From contig CAWCER010000009.1 in the NCBI GenBank assembly GCA_963794595.1, forward strand, positions 328,835-392,834: a stretch of 64,000 nt of DNA, read 5' to 3'. The DNA comes from Bryobacterales bacterium (GTDB taxonomy: Bacteria > Acidobacteriota > Terriglobia > Bryobacterales > Bryobacteraceae). The translations under genes were made by a program, and so were the position numbers. Under the pieces are notes generated by a model. The model was not told the DNA's origin. It did not search any database and worked only from the letters and a program-made list of their open reading frames with translations. Numbering within the stretch: position 1 is the stretch's first letter; each line of letters starts with the position of its first letter. This document shows, one piece after another, positions 49,619 to 59,339 of the stretch.

Positions 49619-49749
49619 GCACGATTGTACTAAGCCCGGACTCCCAGAACGCCTTTATCGGTCTGACGCCTCAAACTGGTAATATCTTAAAGTTGGATTT
49701 TGGGGTCCGCGTTCGATCCCGACAACTAACCAAGCTGTTAGTTCACGCC

Positions 49750-51123
49750 ATGGAGCGTACCATGACCAAGTTGTCGCTGTTGTTCCTCTCTTTGTGCACC
49801 TTCGCTGCGGCCGGACCCGCCGCCGACCTCGATAAACGTCTCGCCGATCTGGAGAAGGCGGCAAAATCCGCGCAATCCGCCGGCGATAACGCGTGGATGC
49901 TCACCAGCGCTGCGCTAGTCCTGATGATGACCGGGCCGGGCTTGGCCCTGTTTTATGGCGGCCTGGTGCGCACCAAGAACGTTCTAAGCACCATGATGCA
50001 CAGCTTCGTGCTGATGGCGGTCGTTAGCGTTCTGTGGGCCCTGGTGGGCTATAGCATAGCTTTCGGCGAAGGCAACTCCTTCATCGGCGGGATGCAGTAT
50101 TTATTTCTCCACGGCGTCGGCGCCGAGCCCAATCCCGATTACGCACCCACCATACCGCAGGGCACTTTCATGATTTATCAGTTGATGTTTGCCATCATCA
50201 CGCCCGCGCTGATCTCCGGAGCGTTTGCAGAGCGCATGAAGTTTTCCGGCATGCTGCTGTTTAGCGTCCTGTGGACGCTGTTTGTCTATCTCCCCATGGC
50301 GCACATGGTGTGGGGCAAGAATGGGTTCCTCGGCGCCACGTGGGGCAAGGTTTCCACGTTCGATTTCGCGGGCGGAACCGTTGTTCACATCACCTCAGGC
50401 GTTTCCGCGCTGGTATGCGCCTTGTATCTCGGAAAGAGGAAAGGGTACGGCATGGATCCCATGCGCCCGCACAGTCTGGTGCTCAGCACGGTAGGCGCCT
50501 GTCTACTCTGGGTAGGATGGTTCGGATTCAACGCGGGCAGCGCGCTGGCAGCGTCCTCACTCGCCACCAGTGCGTTCATCGCAACTCACTTTGCTACCGC
50601 TGCTGCCGCGCTCGGATGGATGCTGGTCGAATGGATCAGGAACGGGAAACCGAGTATCCTGGGTGGCATTTCCGGGGCGGTGGCGGGGCTAGTTGCGATT
50701 ACGCCGGCGTCGGGATTCGTGTCACCCATGCCCGCCATGCTGATCGGGCTGATCGCTGGCGTGGTGTGCTACTTCATGGTCAGTGTCGTCAAGAGCAAAT
50801 TCGGCTACGACGATGCTCTGGACGCTTTCGGTGTACACGGCATCGGCGGAACGGTGGGCGCGATCCTTACGGGCGTTTTCGCCACAAAGGAGATTAACGA
50901 CCTGCGCCTCGGCAAACCCATGGGGCTGATCGACGGCAATCCCGGGCAAGTGATCAACAATCTGACCGGGGCGCTGATCGCCTGGGGCCTCGCGATTATG
51001 GGCACGTGGATTATCCTCAAGGTATGCGATGCGGTGACAGGAGTGCGCGCCGACGAACAGGCCGAAATTGAAGGGCTCGATCTCAGCATGCACGGTGAGG
51101 AAGGCTATAACTTCGAGGCGTAA
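49750..51123 (+). CDS. amtB: ammonium transporter
   Basis: DNAWMLTSAALVLMMTGPGLALFYGG, FDFAGGTVVHITSG, WFGFNAGS, DAFGVHGIGG. Start is ATG 49750 or 49762. Confidence 0.95.
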   Translation: MERTMTKLSLLFLSLCTFAAAGPAADLDKRLADLEKAAKSAQSAGDNAWMLTSAALVLMMTGPGLALFYGGLVRTKNVLSTMMHSFVLMAVVSVLWALVGYSIAFGEGNSFIGGMQYLFLHGVGAEPNPDYAPTIPQGTFMIYQLMFAIITPALISGAFAERMKFSGMLLFSVLWTLFVYLPMAHMVWGKNGFLGATWGKVSTFDFAGGTVVHITSGVSALVCALYLGKRKGYGMDPMRPHSLVLSTVGACLLWVGWFGFNAGSALAASSLATSAFIATHFATAAAALGWMLVEWIRNGKPSILGGISGAVAGLVAITPASGFVSPMPAMLIGLIAGVVCYFMVSVVKSKFGYDDALDAFGVHGIGGTVGAILTGVFATKEINDLRLGKPMGLIDGNPGQVINNLTGALIAWGLAIMGTWIILKVCDAVTGVRADEQAEIEGLDLSMHGEEGYNFEA

Positions 51124-51144
51124 GCGGCGTACCAGGAGAACATC

Positions 51145-51483
51145 ATGAAAAAGATTGAAGCCATCATCCAGCCGCACAAGATCGAGGAAGTGAAAGAAGC
51201 GCTCAAGCAAATCGGCATTGATGGGATGACCATCACCGAGGTTCGCGGTCACGGCCGCCAGAAGGGGCACAAGGAAGTCTATCGCGGGATGGAATACCAG
51301 GTGGACCTTCTGCCGAAAGTGAAGATCGAACTGGTGGTACCGTCGGGCCGTGCAAACGAAGTTATCAAGGCGCTAGCGGATGCCGCGCGCTCGGGCAAAA
51401 TCGGCGACGGCAAGATTTTCGTGTTCGACGTGGCGGAAGCCATTCGCATCCGCAATGACGATCGGGGTGAAGCGGCGTTGTGA
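51145..51483 (+). CDS. glnK: P-II nitrogen regulatory protein
   Basis: [51 protein letters not shown]...[10 protein letters not shown]; 112 aa. It sits directly downstream of amtB. Confidence 0.95.
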   Translation: MKKIEAIIQPHKIEEVKEALKQIGIDGMTITEVRGHGRQKGHKEVYRGMEYQVDLLPKVKIELVVPSGRANEVIKALADAARSGKIGDGKIFVFDVAEAIRIRNDDRGEAAL

Positions 51484-51493
51484 GTGGGGCGAC

Positions 51494-52120
51494 GTGAGTT
51501 GGACCACGTGGTGGCTGTTTGCCGTCACCGAGACAGTTCTTTCCTTGACGCCGGGTCCCGCGGTGTTGTTTGTGCTCTCCAGCGCGCTGCGTGCCGGCGC
51601 CAGAAAGAGCGTGGGCTCAATCCTGGGGATTCTTACCGCCAACACGGTTTATTTCGCGTTGTCGGCCACGGGGCTCGGCGCACTGCTGATTACGTCTTAC
51701 CGTGTATTCTTCCTGGTGAAGTGGATCGGCGCGGCATATCTCGTGTATTTAGGCGCTCGTACAATTCTGGGGCATAGCGAGGTTCTCCCGGCCGGGGAAC
51801 CAGCGGAAGCCGGCGCCAGCGCCGCGCGGCTGTATCGAGACGGCTTCGTGCTGCAGATGTCGAATCCCAAGGCCATCAACTTTTTCTCCGCCATCTTGCC
51901 GCAGTTTATCGACCCGCGCCGCGCTGTACTTCTGCAGATCGTCATTCTGGGCCTAACCTCGGTGATCTGCGAGTTTGTGGTGCTGTCGAGCTACAGCTTG
52001 GCGGCAGCCCGCGCCTCCATGCTGGCCCGGCAACCGCGCTACGCCAAATGGACCAACCGCATCGCTGGAAGTTTGCTGATTGGCGCGGGAGCGGGGCTGG
52101 CCGCATTGCGGCGGGATTGG
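51494..52120 (+). CDS. LysE/RhtB family amino acid efflux protein; 3' end uncertain because no stop occurs at the expected position
   Basis: GTG 51494. [54 protein letters not shown]. The family-typical length (~208 aa) ends at TGG 52118-52120. The frame then stays open for 1.1 kb antisense to purF, which is not credible as protein. Confidence 0.7.
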
Positions 52121-52123
52121 TCC

Positions 52124-53539
52124 CTACCCGCGACGATCTTTGGCGCTCATCAACTCTTGGATGTTCACCAGCTCGGTGGGATAGTTGCCGGTGTAACAGG
52201 CGTAGCAATAATCGTGGTTGCGATCGGCGACAGCCTCGCGCAGCCCGCCGATGGACAGGTATCCGAGCGAGTCGGCTTCGACAAAGCGCCGGATCTCCTC
52301 CACGGTATTATTGGCGGCAATCAGTTCGGCCACACTGGGCGTATCGACCCCGTAAAAACACGGCGAAATGGTGGGCGGACAGGAAATCCGCAAATGCACT
52401 TCGCGCGCGCCGGCACCGCGTACCATGCGGACGATTTTGCGGCTGGTGGTACCGCGGACCAGCGAATCGTCCACCAAAACCACCCGCTTGCCTTCGAGCA
52501 GATGCCGGACAGGGTTGAGCTTCAGCTTCACTCCAAAGTCGCGGATGGCCTGCGAAGGTTCAATGAAGGTACGGCCCACGTAATGATTTCGAATCAGCGC
52601 CTGACGGAATGGAATACCGGATTCGGACGAGTAGCCCAACGCCGCCGCAACTCCAGAATCCGGCACCGGAACCACAATATCGGCCGGCACGCCGTGTTCC
52701 TGCGCCAGCAACCGTCCCAACTGCTCCCGCGATTCCTCCACCGGACGTCCGAAGACGAACGAATCCGGTCGCGAGAAGTACACGTGTTCGAACACACAAT
52801 GCGAGTGCGAACGGACCGGGGCATACCGCTCCCGCGTCATTCCGTCCTTACCGACAATCACCATCTCGCCCGGCTCCACATCGCCCAGATAGACGGCGTT
52901 GATCAGATCGAACGCACAAGTTTCGGATGCGAATACGTAACAGATCGAACCGCCCGACAACTCCATCTGGCCGAACGCCAGCGGCCGGAATCCGTGGGGA
53001 TCGCGCGCGATAATGATGCGGTCCTCGGCCAGGAACACCAGCGAGAACGCGCCTTCCAGTTGGAGCAGCGCCTCGCGCAGCGCGCCAGGCAGCGTTCGCT
53101 CGCGCGACCGCGCCACCAGGTGCAGGATCACTTCGGTGTCGCTCGAAGCCTGGAAGATGGAACCTTCCCGCTCCAGATCGCGCCGCAGCTCGGCCGCATT
53201 GGTGATATTGCCGTTGTGCGCCACTGCGACCTGACCTTTATTGCAGGCCACTGAAAACGGCTGCGCGTTCAATAGTACCGTGTCCCCGGCCGTCGAATAG
53301 CGCGTGTGCCCGATGGCTAACTCACCCGGCAAAGTTCCCAGCACTTCCGGCGTGAAGATGTCGGCCACATGGCCCATGCTCTTGTGATTGTGAATATGGC
53401 GGCCGTCGCTGGAGGCGATACCGGCGCTTTCCTGGCCGCGATGCTGCATTGCGTACAAGCCCAGGTAAGCGAGATTTGCGGCTTCCGGGTGGCCGTAGAT
53501 GGCAAACACCCCGCATTCGTCGTGGAATTTATCGAACAT
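52124..53539 (-). CDS. purF: amidophosphoribosyltransferase
   Basis: [17 protein letters not shown] (Ntn Cys), [27 protein letters not shown], and a C-terminal Cys cluster. Confidence 0.95.
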   Translation of the reverse strand: MFDKFHDECGVFAIYGHPEAANLAYLGLYAMQHRGQESAGIASSDGRHIHNHKSMGHVADIFTPEVLGTLPGELAIGHTRYSTAGDTVLLNAQPFSVACNKGQVAVAHNGNITNAAELRRDLEREGSIFQASSDTEVILHLVARSRERTLPGALREALLQLEGAFSLVFLAEDRIIIARDPHGFRPLAFGQMELSGGSICYVFASETCAFDLINAVYLGDVEPGEMVIVGKDGMTRERYAPVRSHSHCVFEHVYFSRPDSFVFGRPVEESREQLGRLLAQEHGVPADIVVPVPDSGVAAALGYSSESGIPFRQALIRNHYVGRTFIEPSQAIRDFGVKLKLNPVRHLLEGKRVVLVDDSLVRGTTSRKIVRMVRGAGAREVHLRISCPPTISPCFYGVDTPSVAELIAANNTVEEIRRFVEADSLGYLSIGGLREAVADRNHDYCYACYTGNYPTELVNIQELMSAKDRRG

Positions 53540-53547
53540 GGATGCTC

Positions 53548-55752
53548 TCAGGCATGCACGGGTGCCAGCTGCTCGGCTAGCGCATTCTCCCAAACCTGCT
53601 TGAGACGGTCCACGGGGGAATCGATCCAGGTCACGGAGCCGTCTCCTATCCGCAACTCTGTATTTATTGTAACGCCGATGCGCAGCGCTTCCACCTTGTG
53701 CTTACGGGAGATTTCTTCTACGGCCTCAGGCACAGCGGTTGAAACCAAAATGCGCGAGGGGCCTTCGTGAAACAACGCAAACTCCGGCCGGAGGCTGGTC
53801 GCGATCTCTATCGACGCGCCCACGCCGTTCACGGAGCATTCCGCCAGCGCCACGGCCAGGCCGCCGTCGCTCACATCGTGCGCCGACTCCGCGTGGCCTT
53901 CGTGGACGATCTCACGGATGGCTGCTTGCACCCGTTTTTCGTATTCCATATCCAGCGCAGGCGGAAGTCCCCACATTTTGTTTAAAACAACCTTGGCATA
54001 TTGCGTGCAGCCAAAGCGGGTGGCGTCGCAGGCGCCCAGACCGCCCAGGAGCATGACGGTACGACCCTGCTGCTTGAATGGAATCGTCACCGGCTCGGCC
54101 GTCTTCATCAATCCCACAATGCCCATCACCGGCGACGGCCAGATCGCTTCGCCTAATGTTTCGTTATACAGGCTAACGTTGCCGCCCGTGATCGGAGTAT
54201 CGAAGTAGCGGCAGGCCTCGCTGATACCTTCGACCGCTTCGACGATTTGGGCCATGATCTCGGGCCGCTCGGGATTGCCGAAGTTCAGATTATTGGTGGC
54301 CGCCACCGGCGTGGCGCCGACCGTCGAAAGATTGCGGCAACACTCGGCGACCATCAGCTTTGCGCCCTCGCGCGGATCGAGCGCGCAATAGCGCCCGTTG
54401 CCGTCGAGCGACATAGCGATGCTAGCGCCCGTCTCCTTGATGCGGACGATGGCGGCGTCACCGCCAGGACCGGCAATCGTGTTGGTGCGAACCGTGTAAT
54501 CATATTGCTGCCAGATCCAGCGCTTCGAGCACAGGTCGCCCGAGCCAACCAGCGCTAAGAGATCGCCGTTGAGATCGCGGCTGCCTCTCTCCGCAAACGT
54601 CGCCGGCGCGTCCACCGTGACCGGGCGATAGGGCGCGGCATTGTGCGGGCGATCATAAAGCGGAGCTTCGTCGGCCAGCTCGCGGTTGGGAATTTCGGCC
54701 ACCACTTTGCCGTGGTCTTTCACGCGCAGCATCCCGTCATTCGTCACCACACCGATCGTGACGGCATCCAGTCCCCACTTCTTGAACACCGCGAAAACCT
54801 CATCCTCGCGGCCTTTTTCCGCCACCAGCAACATGCGCTCCTGGGATTCGGAAAGCATGATCTCATAGGGAGTCATGCCGGTCTCCCTTTGGGGGACCAG
54901 TTTTAAGTCAAATTCGATGCCGGTCTCCGCGCGGCTACCCATTTCGCAGGTGGAGCAGGTCAGACCAGCGGCGCCCATGTCTTGGATGCCAACGACCGCG
55001 CCGGTGTACATGGCTTCCAGGCAGGCTTCGAGCAGGAGTTTCTCCATGAAGGGATCACCCACTTGCACGTTGGGCCGCTTGTCCTTCGAATCTTCGTCGA
55101 ACTCGGCGGACGCCATGGACGCGCCCTTGATCCCATCGCGGCCGGTCTTCGCGCCGACATAAATTACCGGATTGCCGATCCCGGTGGCGCGCCCGAAAAA
55201 GATTTCATCGTGGCGAAAGACGCCGAGCGCAAATACGTTTACCAGCGGATTGCCGTTATAGCAGGATTCGAAGACTGTCTCGCCGCCGATTGTCGGAACA
55301 CCAAAGCAGTTGCCGTAATGCGAGATGCCGCCGACCACCCCTTCAAGAATCCGCTTGTTGCGGTCGCCCCAATCCGGATCGTCCAGCGGCCCGAAGCGCA
55401 GCGCATCCATGACCGCGATAGGCCGCGCCCCCATGGTGAAGATGTCGCGCAGAATACCGCCAACGCCGGTAGCCGCTCCCTGAAAAGGCTCGATAAAACT
55501 GGGATGATTGTGCGATTCGATCTTGAACGCGATGGCATAGCCGCTGCCGATATCGATAATGCCCGCGTTTTCGCCGGGGCCGACCAATACGCGGTCGCCC
55601 TTGGTCGGCAGCTTCTTCAGATGGATGCGCGAGCTTTTGTAGGAGCAATGCTCGCTCCACATCACCGTAAAGATGCCGATTTCAGTTTCGTTAGGTTCGC
55701 GCTTCAGAATCGACCGAACCTTGTCGAGTTCGGACGGCGTCAGGTCGCTCAT
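53548..55752 (-). CDS. purL: phosphoribosylformylglycinamidine synthase subunit PurL
   Basis: [48 protein letters not shown]. The ATG overlaps the purQ stop (ATGA). Confidence 0.95.
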   Translation of the reverse strand: MSDLTPSELDKVRSILKREPNETEIGIFTVMWSEHCSYKSSRIHLKKLPTKGDRVLVGPGENAGIIDIGSGYAIAFKIESHNHPSFIEPFQGAATGVGGILRDIFTMGARPIAVMDALRFGPLDDPDWGDRNKRILEGVVGGISHYGNCFGVPTIGGETVFESCYNGNPLVNVFALGVFRHDEIFFGRATGIGNPVIYVGAKTGRDGIKGASMASAEFDEDSKDKRPNVQVGDPFMEKLLLEACLEAMYTGAVVGIQDMGAAGLTCSTCEMGSRAETGIEFDLKLVPQRETGMTPYEIMLSESQERMLLVAEKGREDEVFAVFKKWGLDAVTIGVVTNDGMLRVKDHGKVVAEIPNRELADEAPLYDRPHNAAPYRPVTVDAPATFAERGSRDLNGDLLALVGSGDLCSKRWIWQQYDYTVRTNTIAGPGGDAAIVRIKETGASIAMSLDGNGRYCALDPREGAKLMVAECCRNLSTVGATPVAATNNLNFGNPERPEIMAQIVEAVEGISEACRYFDTPITGGNVSLYNETLGEAIWPSPVMGIVGLMKTAEPVTIPFKQQGRTVMLLGGLGACDATRFGCTQYAKVVLNKMWGLPPALDMEYEKRVQAAIREIVHEGHAESAHDVSDGGLAVALAECSVNGVGASIEIATSLRPEFALFHEGPSRILVSTAVPEAVEEISRKHKVEALRIGVTINTELRIGDGSVTWIDSPVDRLKQVWENALAEQLAPVHA

Positions 55753-56423
55753 GCGGCGGCAACCGACAACGAATGGATCATGGATTCGAGTATCACTTTC
55801 CCATCGGTCGAGCCCAGCAATGCGTCGGCGGCGCGCTCGGGATGCGGCATCATCCCCATGACGTTGCGCTTTTCGCTGCATATGCCGGCGATGTTGTCGA
55901 GCGATCCGTTGGGGTTGTCCAGGTAGCGCAGCACCACGCGGTCGTCGCGCCGCAGCATGGCGAGAGTGGCATCATCGGCGAAATAGCAGCCCTCGCCGTG
56001 CGCCACCGGCAGTGTGATCCGTTGGCCTTTGGTGGCGGCTGCGGTGAATGGAGTGTCAGTGGTTTCGACGCGCAGCGTCACCGGGCGGCACACAAACTTC
56101 AGGTCCCTATTGCGCAGCAGTGCACCCGGCAGCAGACCGCTCTCCACCAGTACCTGGAAGCCGTTGCAGATTCCCAAGACCAGCCCGCCGCTATCCGCGA
56201 ACTCACGAACCGCTGACATCACGGGTGAAAATTTGGCGATGGCGCCGCAACGCAGGTAATCGCCATAGGAAAAACCTCCGGGAAGAATCACGGCGTCGAC
56301 TAATCCAAGCGTTCGGGAATCGTGCCAGATGAATTCGGCCGAATGGCCTAAGTTGTGGGAGACGGCATACCAAGCGTCGTGATCGCAGTTGCTACCCGGG
56401 AACACCACGACGCCGAATCGCAT
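55749..56423 (-). CDS. purQ: phosphoribosylformylglycinamidine synthase glutaminase subunit PurQ
   Basis: [45 protein letters not shown]. Confidence 0.95.
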   Translation of the reverse strand: MRFGVVVFPGSNCDHDAWYAVSHNLGHSAEFIWHDSRTLGLVDAVILPGGFSYGDYLRCGAIAKFSPVMSAVREFADSGGLVLGICNGFQVLVESGLLPGALLRNRDLKFVCRPVTLRVETTDTPFTAAATKGQRITLPVAHGEGCYFADDATLAMLRRDDRVVLRYLDNPNGSLDNIAGICSEKRNVMGMMPHPERAADALLGSTDGKVILESMIHSLSVAAA

Positions 56424-56439
56424 AGCAGGAAACTTCAGT

Positions 56440-56537
56440 GTAACAAAAAAAGAGGACAGACGATATTTCGGTGCCGCGTCTTGGCAGCGGCGTCAAACAA
56501 CTTGACGCGGAAATGTCGTCTGTCCCCTTTTTGTTAC
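56440..56537 (-). terminator. ~98-nt multi-branched inverted repeat; on the minus strand it ends in a T7 run 16 nt upstream of the purQ ATG (terminator and/or attenuator-like leader)
   Basis: The outer arms are gtaacaaaaaaagaggacagacga (56440-56463) and tcgtctgtcccctttttgttac (56516-56537). They pair, apart from a 2-nt bulge and one mismatch. An inner pairing atttc/gaaat and the hairpins gccgc-N9-gcggc and gcgtcaa-N5-ttgacgc are also present. Confidence 0.4.
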
Positions 56538-56821
56538 TCGGTTCGTTGCGATTCGGCGCTCACTGCGCGCAATAAGTGCTCGGCGTAAGCCGCAGCGGAA
56601 TCCTCGGCGATCAGATTCTTGCTAATTTCTGGAGTTAGTCCGGGCGTGCCCACTGGCGTAAACGGCGCGGCAACCGAGGGAGCGCGGCGTCCGGTCGCCA
56701 TGAGATCTTTGATCTCGCGAATATCGGTGGCAATCTGATACAGCTTGTAAACTCCGAAAAAGATCACGACGTATGCCACCGTCGTGAGAAGTCCGCTAAT
56801 AATGGCTCCAAAGAAGTCCAC
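56534..56821 (-). CDS. small membrane-anchored hypothetical protein
   Basis: 95 aa; N-terminal TM MDFFGAIISGLLTTVAYVVIFFGVYKLY followed by a soluble tail. Not PurS-like. Confidence 0.4.
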   Translation of the reverse strand: MDFFGAIISGLLTTVAYVVIFFGVYKLYQIATDIREIKDLMATGRRAPSVAAPFTPVGTPGLTPEISKNLIAEDSAAAYAEHLLRAVSAESQRTE

Positions 56822-56926
56822 GGCATGCTCCTTAAAGTCGAACCGGCGCGGGCCATCAGACCGTTGCGCACCAATCCTTCAACAGCGTTATCGGCACGCC
56901 CATGTAGGAACTTTATGCGCCAGGTA

Positions 56927-57322
56927 CTACTCTTTCTTCTTGAAATCGAGCGATGCAGAATTCATGCAAAAGCGTGCGCCGGTGGGCCGGGGGCCGTCGG
57001 GGAAAACATGCCCTAGGTGTGCATCGCATTGAGCGCAAAGCGCTTCCACGCGCCTCATGCCATGGCTATTGTCGGTTTCCGTGCGCACCCTAGTCGGATC
57101 CACCGGCGCGGAGAAACTTGGCCATCCAGTGCCCGATTCAAACTTGGCAGCGCTATCGAACAGTTCCGCGCCGCAGCAAACGCAGCGGTAGGTGCCATCA
57201 TCGTGGTTATCCCAGTACTTGCCGGTGAATGCCGGCTCCGTGCCCTTCTGCCGAGCCACGTGATACTGCTCCGGGGTCAATTGTTTGCGCCATTCTTCTT
57301 CGGTTTTCTTTACTTTTTCCAT
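56927..57322 (-). CDS. msrB: peptide-methionine (R)-S-oxide reductase
   Basis: Zn-site CVCCG and [12 protein letters not shown]; catalytic RFCMNSASL; 131 aa. Confidence 0.95.
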   Translation of the reverse strand: MEKVKKTEEEWRKQLTPEQYHVARQKGTEPAFTGKYWDNHDDGTYRCVCCGAELFDSAAKFESGTGWPSFSAPVDPTRVRTETDNSHGMRRVEALCAQCDAHLGHVFPDGPRPTGARFCMNSASLDFKKKE

Positions 57323-57375
57323 TGCACCTCCAGCTTACCCGATGGATTTGGTTACGTGGACCCTTACACTGGAAT

Positions 57376-57987
57376 TTGACACCGCCAGAGCGCCTTACTG
57401 AGCGCACCTTCCATGCAGACCCCATTCGGCAATTCCGCCGCTGGTTCCGCGCCGTCGAACGCGCCGGGCAGCCGGAGCCTAATGCCATGACGCTCGCGAC
57501 CACCACGCGCAGCGGCCGCGCGTCGGCGCGCATGGTCCTGCTCAAGGGAATCGATGAGCGTGGATTCCTTTTCTTCACCAATTACGAGAGCCGCAAAGGG
57601 CGCGAGCTGGCCGCGAATCCGTATGCGGCCCTGGTATTTTATTGGCGCGAAGTGAACCGCCAGGTGCGTGTCACCGGACGTGTCTCGAAGCTTTCCGCCG
57701 CCGAATCCGATGCTTATTTCGCGACGCGCCCGCTCGGAAGCCGCATCGCGGCAGTGGCTTCGCGGCAGAGCTCGGTGATCTCGTCGCGCGCCGTGCTCGA
57801 AGGCCGCTACAGGGACCTTGAGGCCGGGTATCCCAATGACAGCCCGCCGCGTCCCATAAACTGGGGAGGGTATTGTGTACATCCCGATGAGATCGAGTTC
57901 TGGCAGCTGGGCCCAAACCGGTTGCACGACCGCCTGCGCTATCGCAAAAGCCGCGGTGCTTGGATTTTGGAGCGTTTGTCTCCTTAG
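57376..57987 (+). CDS. pdxH: pyridoxamine 5'-phosphate oxidase
   Basis: [76 protein letters not shown]. The start (TTG 57376) is uncertain. Confidence 0.9.
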   Translation: MTPPERLTERTFHADPIRQFRRWFRAVERAGQPEPNAMTLATTTRSGRASARMVLLKGIDERGFLFFTNYESRKGRELAANPYAALVFYWREVNRQVRVTGRVSKLSAAESDAYFATRPLGSRIAAVASRQSSVISSRAVLEGRYRDLEAGYPNDSPPRPINWGGYCVHPDEIEFWQLGPNRLHDRLRYRKSRGAWILERLSP

Positions 57988-58588
57988 TAGCGCGGTGGGC
58001 GCGGCCGAGATCGACGTCCCGCGCACGCTCAAGGGTATTGAGGACCGTTACAACCGCACCCAGACCCTGCAACTCTCCTTCACGGAAAGCTATCAGCAGG
58101 GCGCCCGCACGCGTGTCGAAAAGGGCGATCTGTTCCTGCGCAAACCCGGACGCATGCGCTGGCAATACACCGTGCCCGCGGGCAAGTTGTTCGTCTCCGA
58201 CGGGAAGTTCATTTACTCCTACGCGCCGCAGGACAATCGCGCCGAAAAGATGAAACTGAAAGAGACTGACGACATGCGCGCGCCACTAGCGTTCCTGCTG
58301 GGGCGCCTGGATTTCAATAAAGACTTCCGCGAATTTCGCGCCCACGCGGAAGACGGCGGCATCTTCATAACGGCCATTCCAAAGTCGGACAAGTTGCCCT
58401 ACAGTGAAGTCTCGTTCCTCGTCGCGCCCGACTATAGCATCCGCCGTCTGGAGGTCAAGAACCAGGACAACTCCGTGCTGCGGTTCGCATTTGAAAACGA
58501 AAAGAAAGATCCCGCGCTTCAGGACTCTCTATTTCGTTTCACCCCGCCCCCCGGCGTCGAGTACGTGGACGCGTCGAATCAGCCATAG
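57956..58588 (+). CDS. lolA: outer-membrane lipoprotein carrier protein LolA-like
   Basis: Signal-like [17 protein letters not shown], then [16 protein letters not shown]...[30 protein letters not shown]. Start chosen at GTG 57956; the listed ORF begins at 57875, inside pdxH. Confidence 0.75.
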   Translation: MLGFWSVCLLSSAVGAAEIDVPRTLKGIEDRYNRTQTLQLSFTESYQQGARTRVEKGDLFLRKPGRMRWQYTVPAGKLFVSDGKFIYSYAPQDNRAEKMKLKETDDMRAPLAFLLGRLDFNKDFREFRAHAEDGGIFITAIPKSDKLPYSEVSFLVAPDYSIRRLEVKNQDNSVLRFAFENEKKDPALQDSLFRFTPPPGVEYVDASNQP

Positions 58589-58622
58589 CGCCGCCACGCT
58601 CGCACGGTGCTAGAATGCAAGT

Positions 58623-58871
58623 ATGCAAGCAAGCAAGCATGCTGCCTTGAATGCGCGAGTCCCAGCGGCCCTAAAGCGTGGACTCGACATCGTCGCCGCC
58701 CGTCACGGAATTTCCAAGCAAGACGCGGTGGTCCAGGCTATCGAACTATGGCTGAGAACGAAGCAGCCGAAGGATCGGCGGAGGCGGCTACCCCTGCCGG
58801 TGATTCGCACCGGCCGTCCTGGCACGCTGGATCTTACTAACAAAGAGATCGATGAGATCTTATTTAGCTGA
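58623..58871 (+). CDS. vapB: VapB-type antitoxin (ribbon-helix-helix-like)
   Basis: 82 aa; LNARVPAALKRGLDIVAARHGISKQDAVVQAIELWL. It overlaps the downstream PIN gene by 20 nt. Confidence 0.6.
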   Translation: MQASKHAALNARVPAALKRGLDIVAARHGISKQDAVVQAIELWLRTKQPKDRRRRLPLPVIRTGRPGTLDLTNKEIDEILFS

Positions 58872-59277
58872 CATCAACTTCTGGGTGGCGCTGATCCTCG
58901 ATTCGCACTCAGGGCATGGGAAGGCCGAAACTTTTTTCGAGACGCTATCGCGCGACCAGCTTTGGTTCTGCCGCTTTACTCAAATCGGCTTCCTGCGGAT
59001 TCTCACGAATCGGAGCGTGATGGGCCCGCAAGTTCTGACTCAACAGAAGGCCTGGCAATTGTACGACCGCCTCTGTGACGATGAGCGGATCCAATACCTC
59101 GCGGAACCATTGGCGTTGGAGTCCCGGTTTCGTCGTCTCACCCAAGGCCGCCTCCCTGCGCATAAGGCTTGGTCCGACGCGTACCTTGCCGCAGTGGCCG
59201 GAGAAGCGGGCCTGGCGCTCGCCACCTTCGACGGCGATTTCCGGCGCTTGGCCATCGAGACGCACTTATTGAGCTGA
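58852..59277 (+). CDS. vapC: VapC-family PIN-domain ribonuclease toxin
   Basis: 141 aa; N-terminal YLADINFWVAL (first acidic PIN residue), SDAYLAAVA and LATFDGDF (C-terminal acidic residue). Confidence 0.75.
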   Translation: MRSYLADINFWVALILDSHSGHGKAETFFETLSRDQLWFCRFTQIGFLRILTNRSVMGPQVLTQQKAWQLYDRLCDDERIQYLAEPLALESRFRRLTQGRLPAHKAWSDAYLAAVAGEAGLALATFDGDFRRLAIETHLLS

Positions 59278-59339
59278 GAAGGGCGTAGCCCAATTCACTT
59301 AGCGGCGCAGTGCACAGCCCCGGTTACAATAGAATTTCC

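Noticed and set aside
48557-49633. 358-aa plus-strand ORF antisense to ggt
   Set aside because: Shadow ORF opposite an intact gamma-glutamyltransferase that has its autoprocessing Thr motif.
49701-49725. tRNA-like T-loop string (gttcgatccc) upstream of amtB
   Set aside because: The flanking bases do not form a T-stem, and no acceptor or anticodon arms can be drawn. It is not a tRNA.
52127-53254. Continuation of the 624-aa ORF 51380..53254 beyond the LysE domain
   Set aside because: This part is antisense to purF and has no protein-like features. Only the LysE portion (51494..~52120) is credible.
54982-55926. 314-aa plus-strand ORF antisense to purL/purQ
   Set aside because: Shadow ORF opposite canonical PurL/PurQ.
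56440-56537. ZTP (pfl) or purine riboswitch upstream of purQ
   Set aside because: The conserved ZTP 3' element and the purine-riboswitch junction nucleotides, as I remember them, are not present. It is kept only as an unclassified structured element.
58626-58640. Short tandem repeat gcaagcaagcaagca
   Set aside because: Only about 3.5 units lie at the 5' end of vapB. That is too short to call a microsatellite or phase-variation tract.
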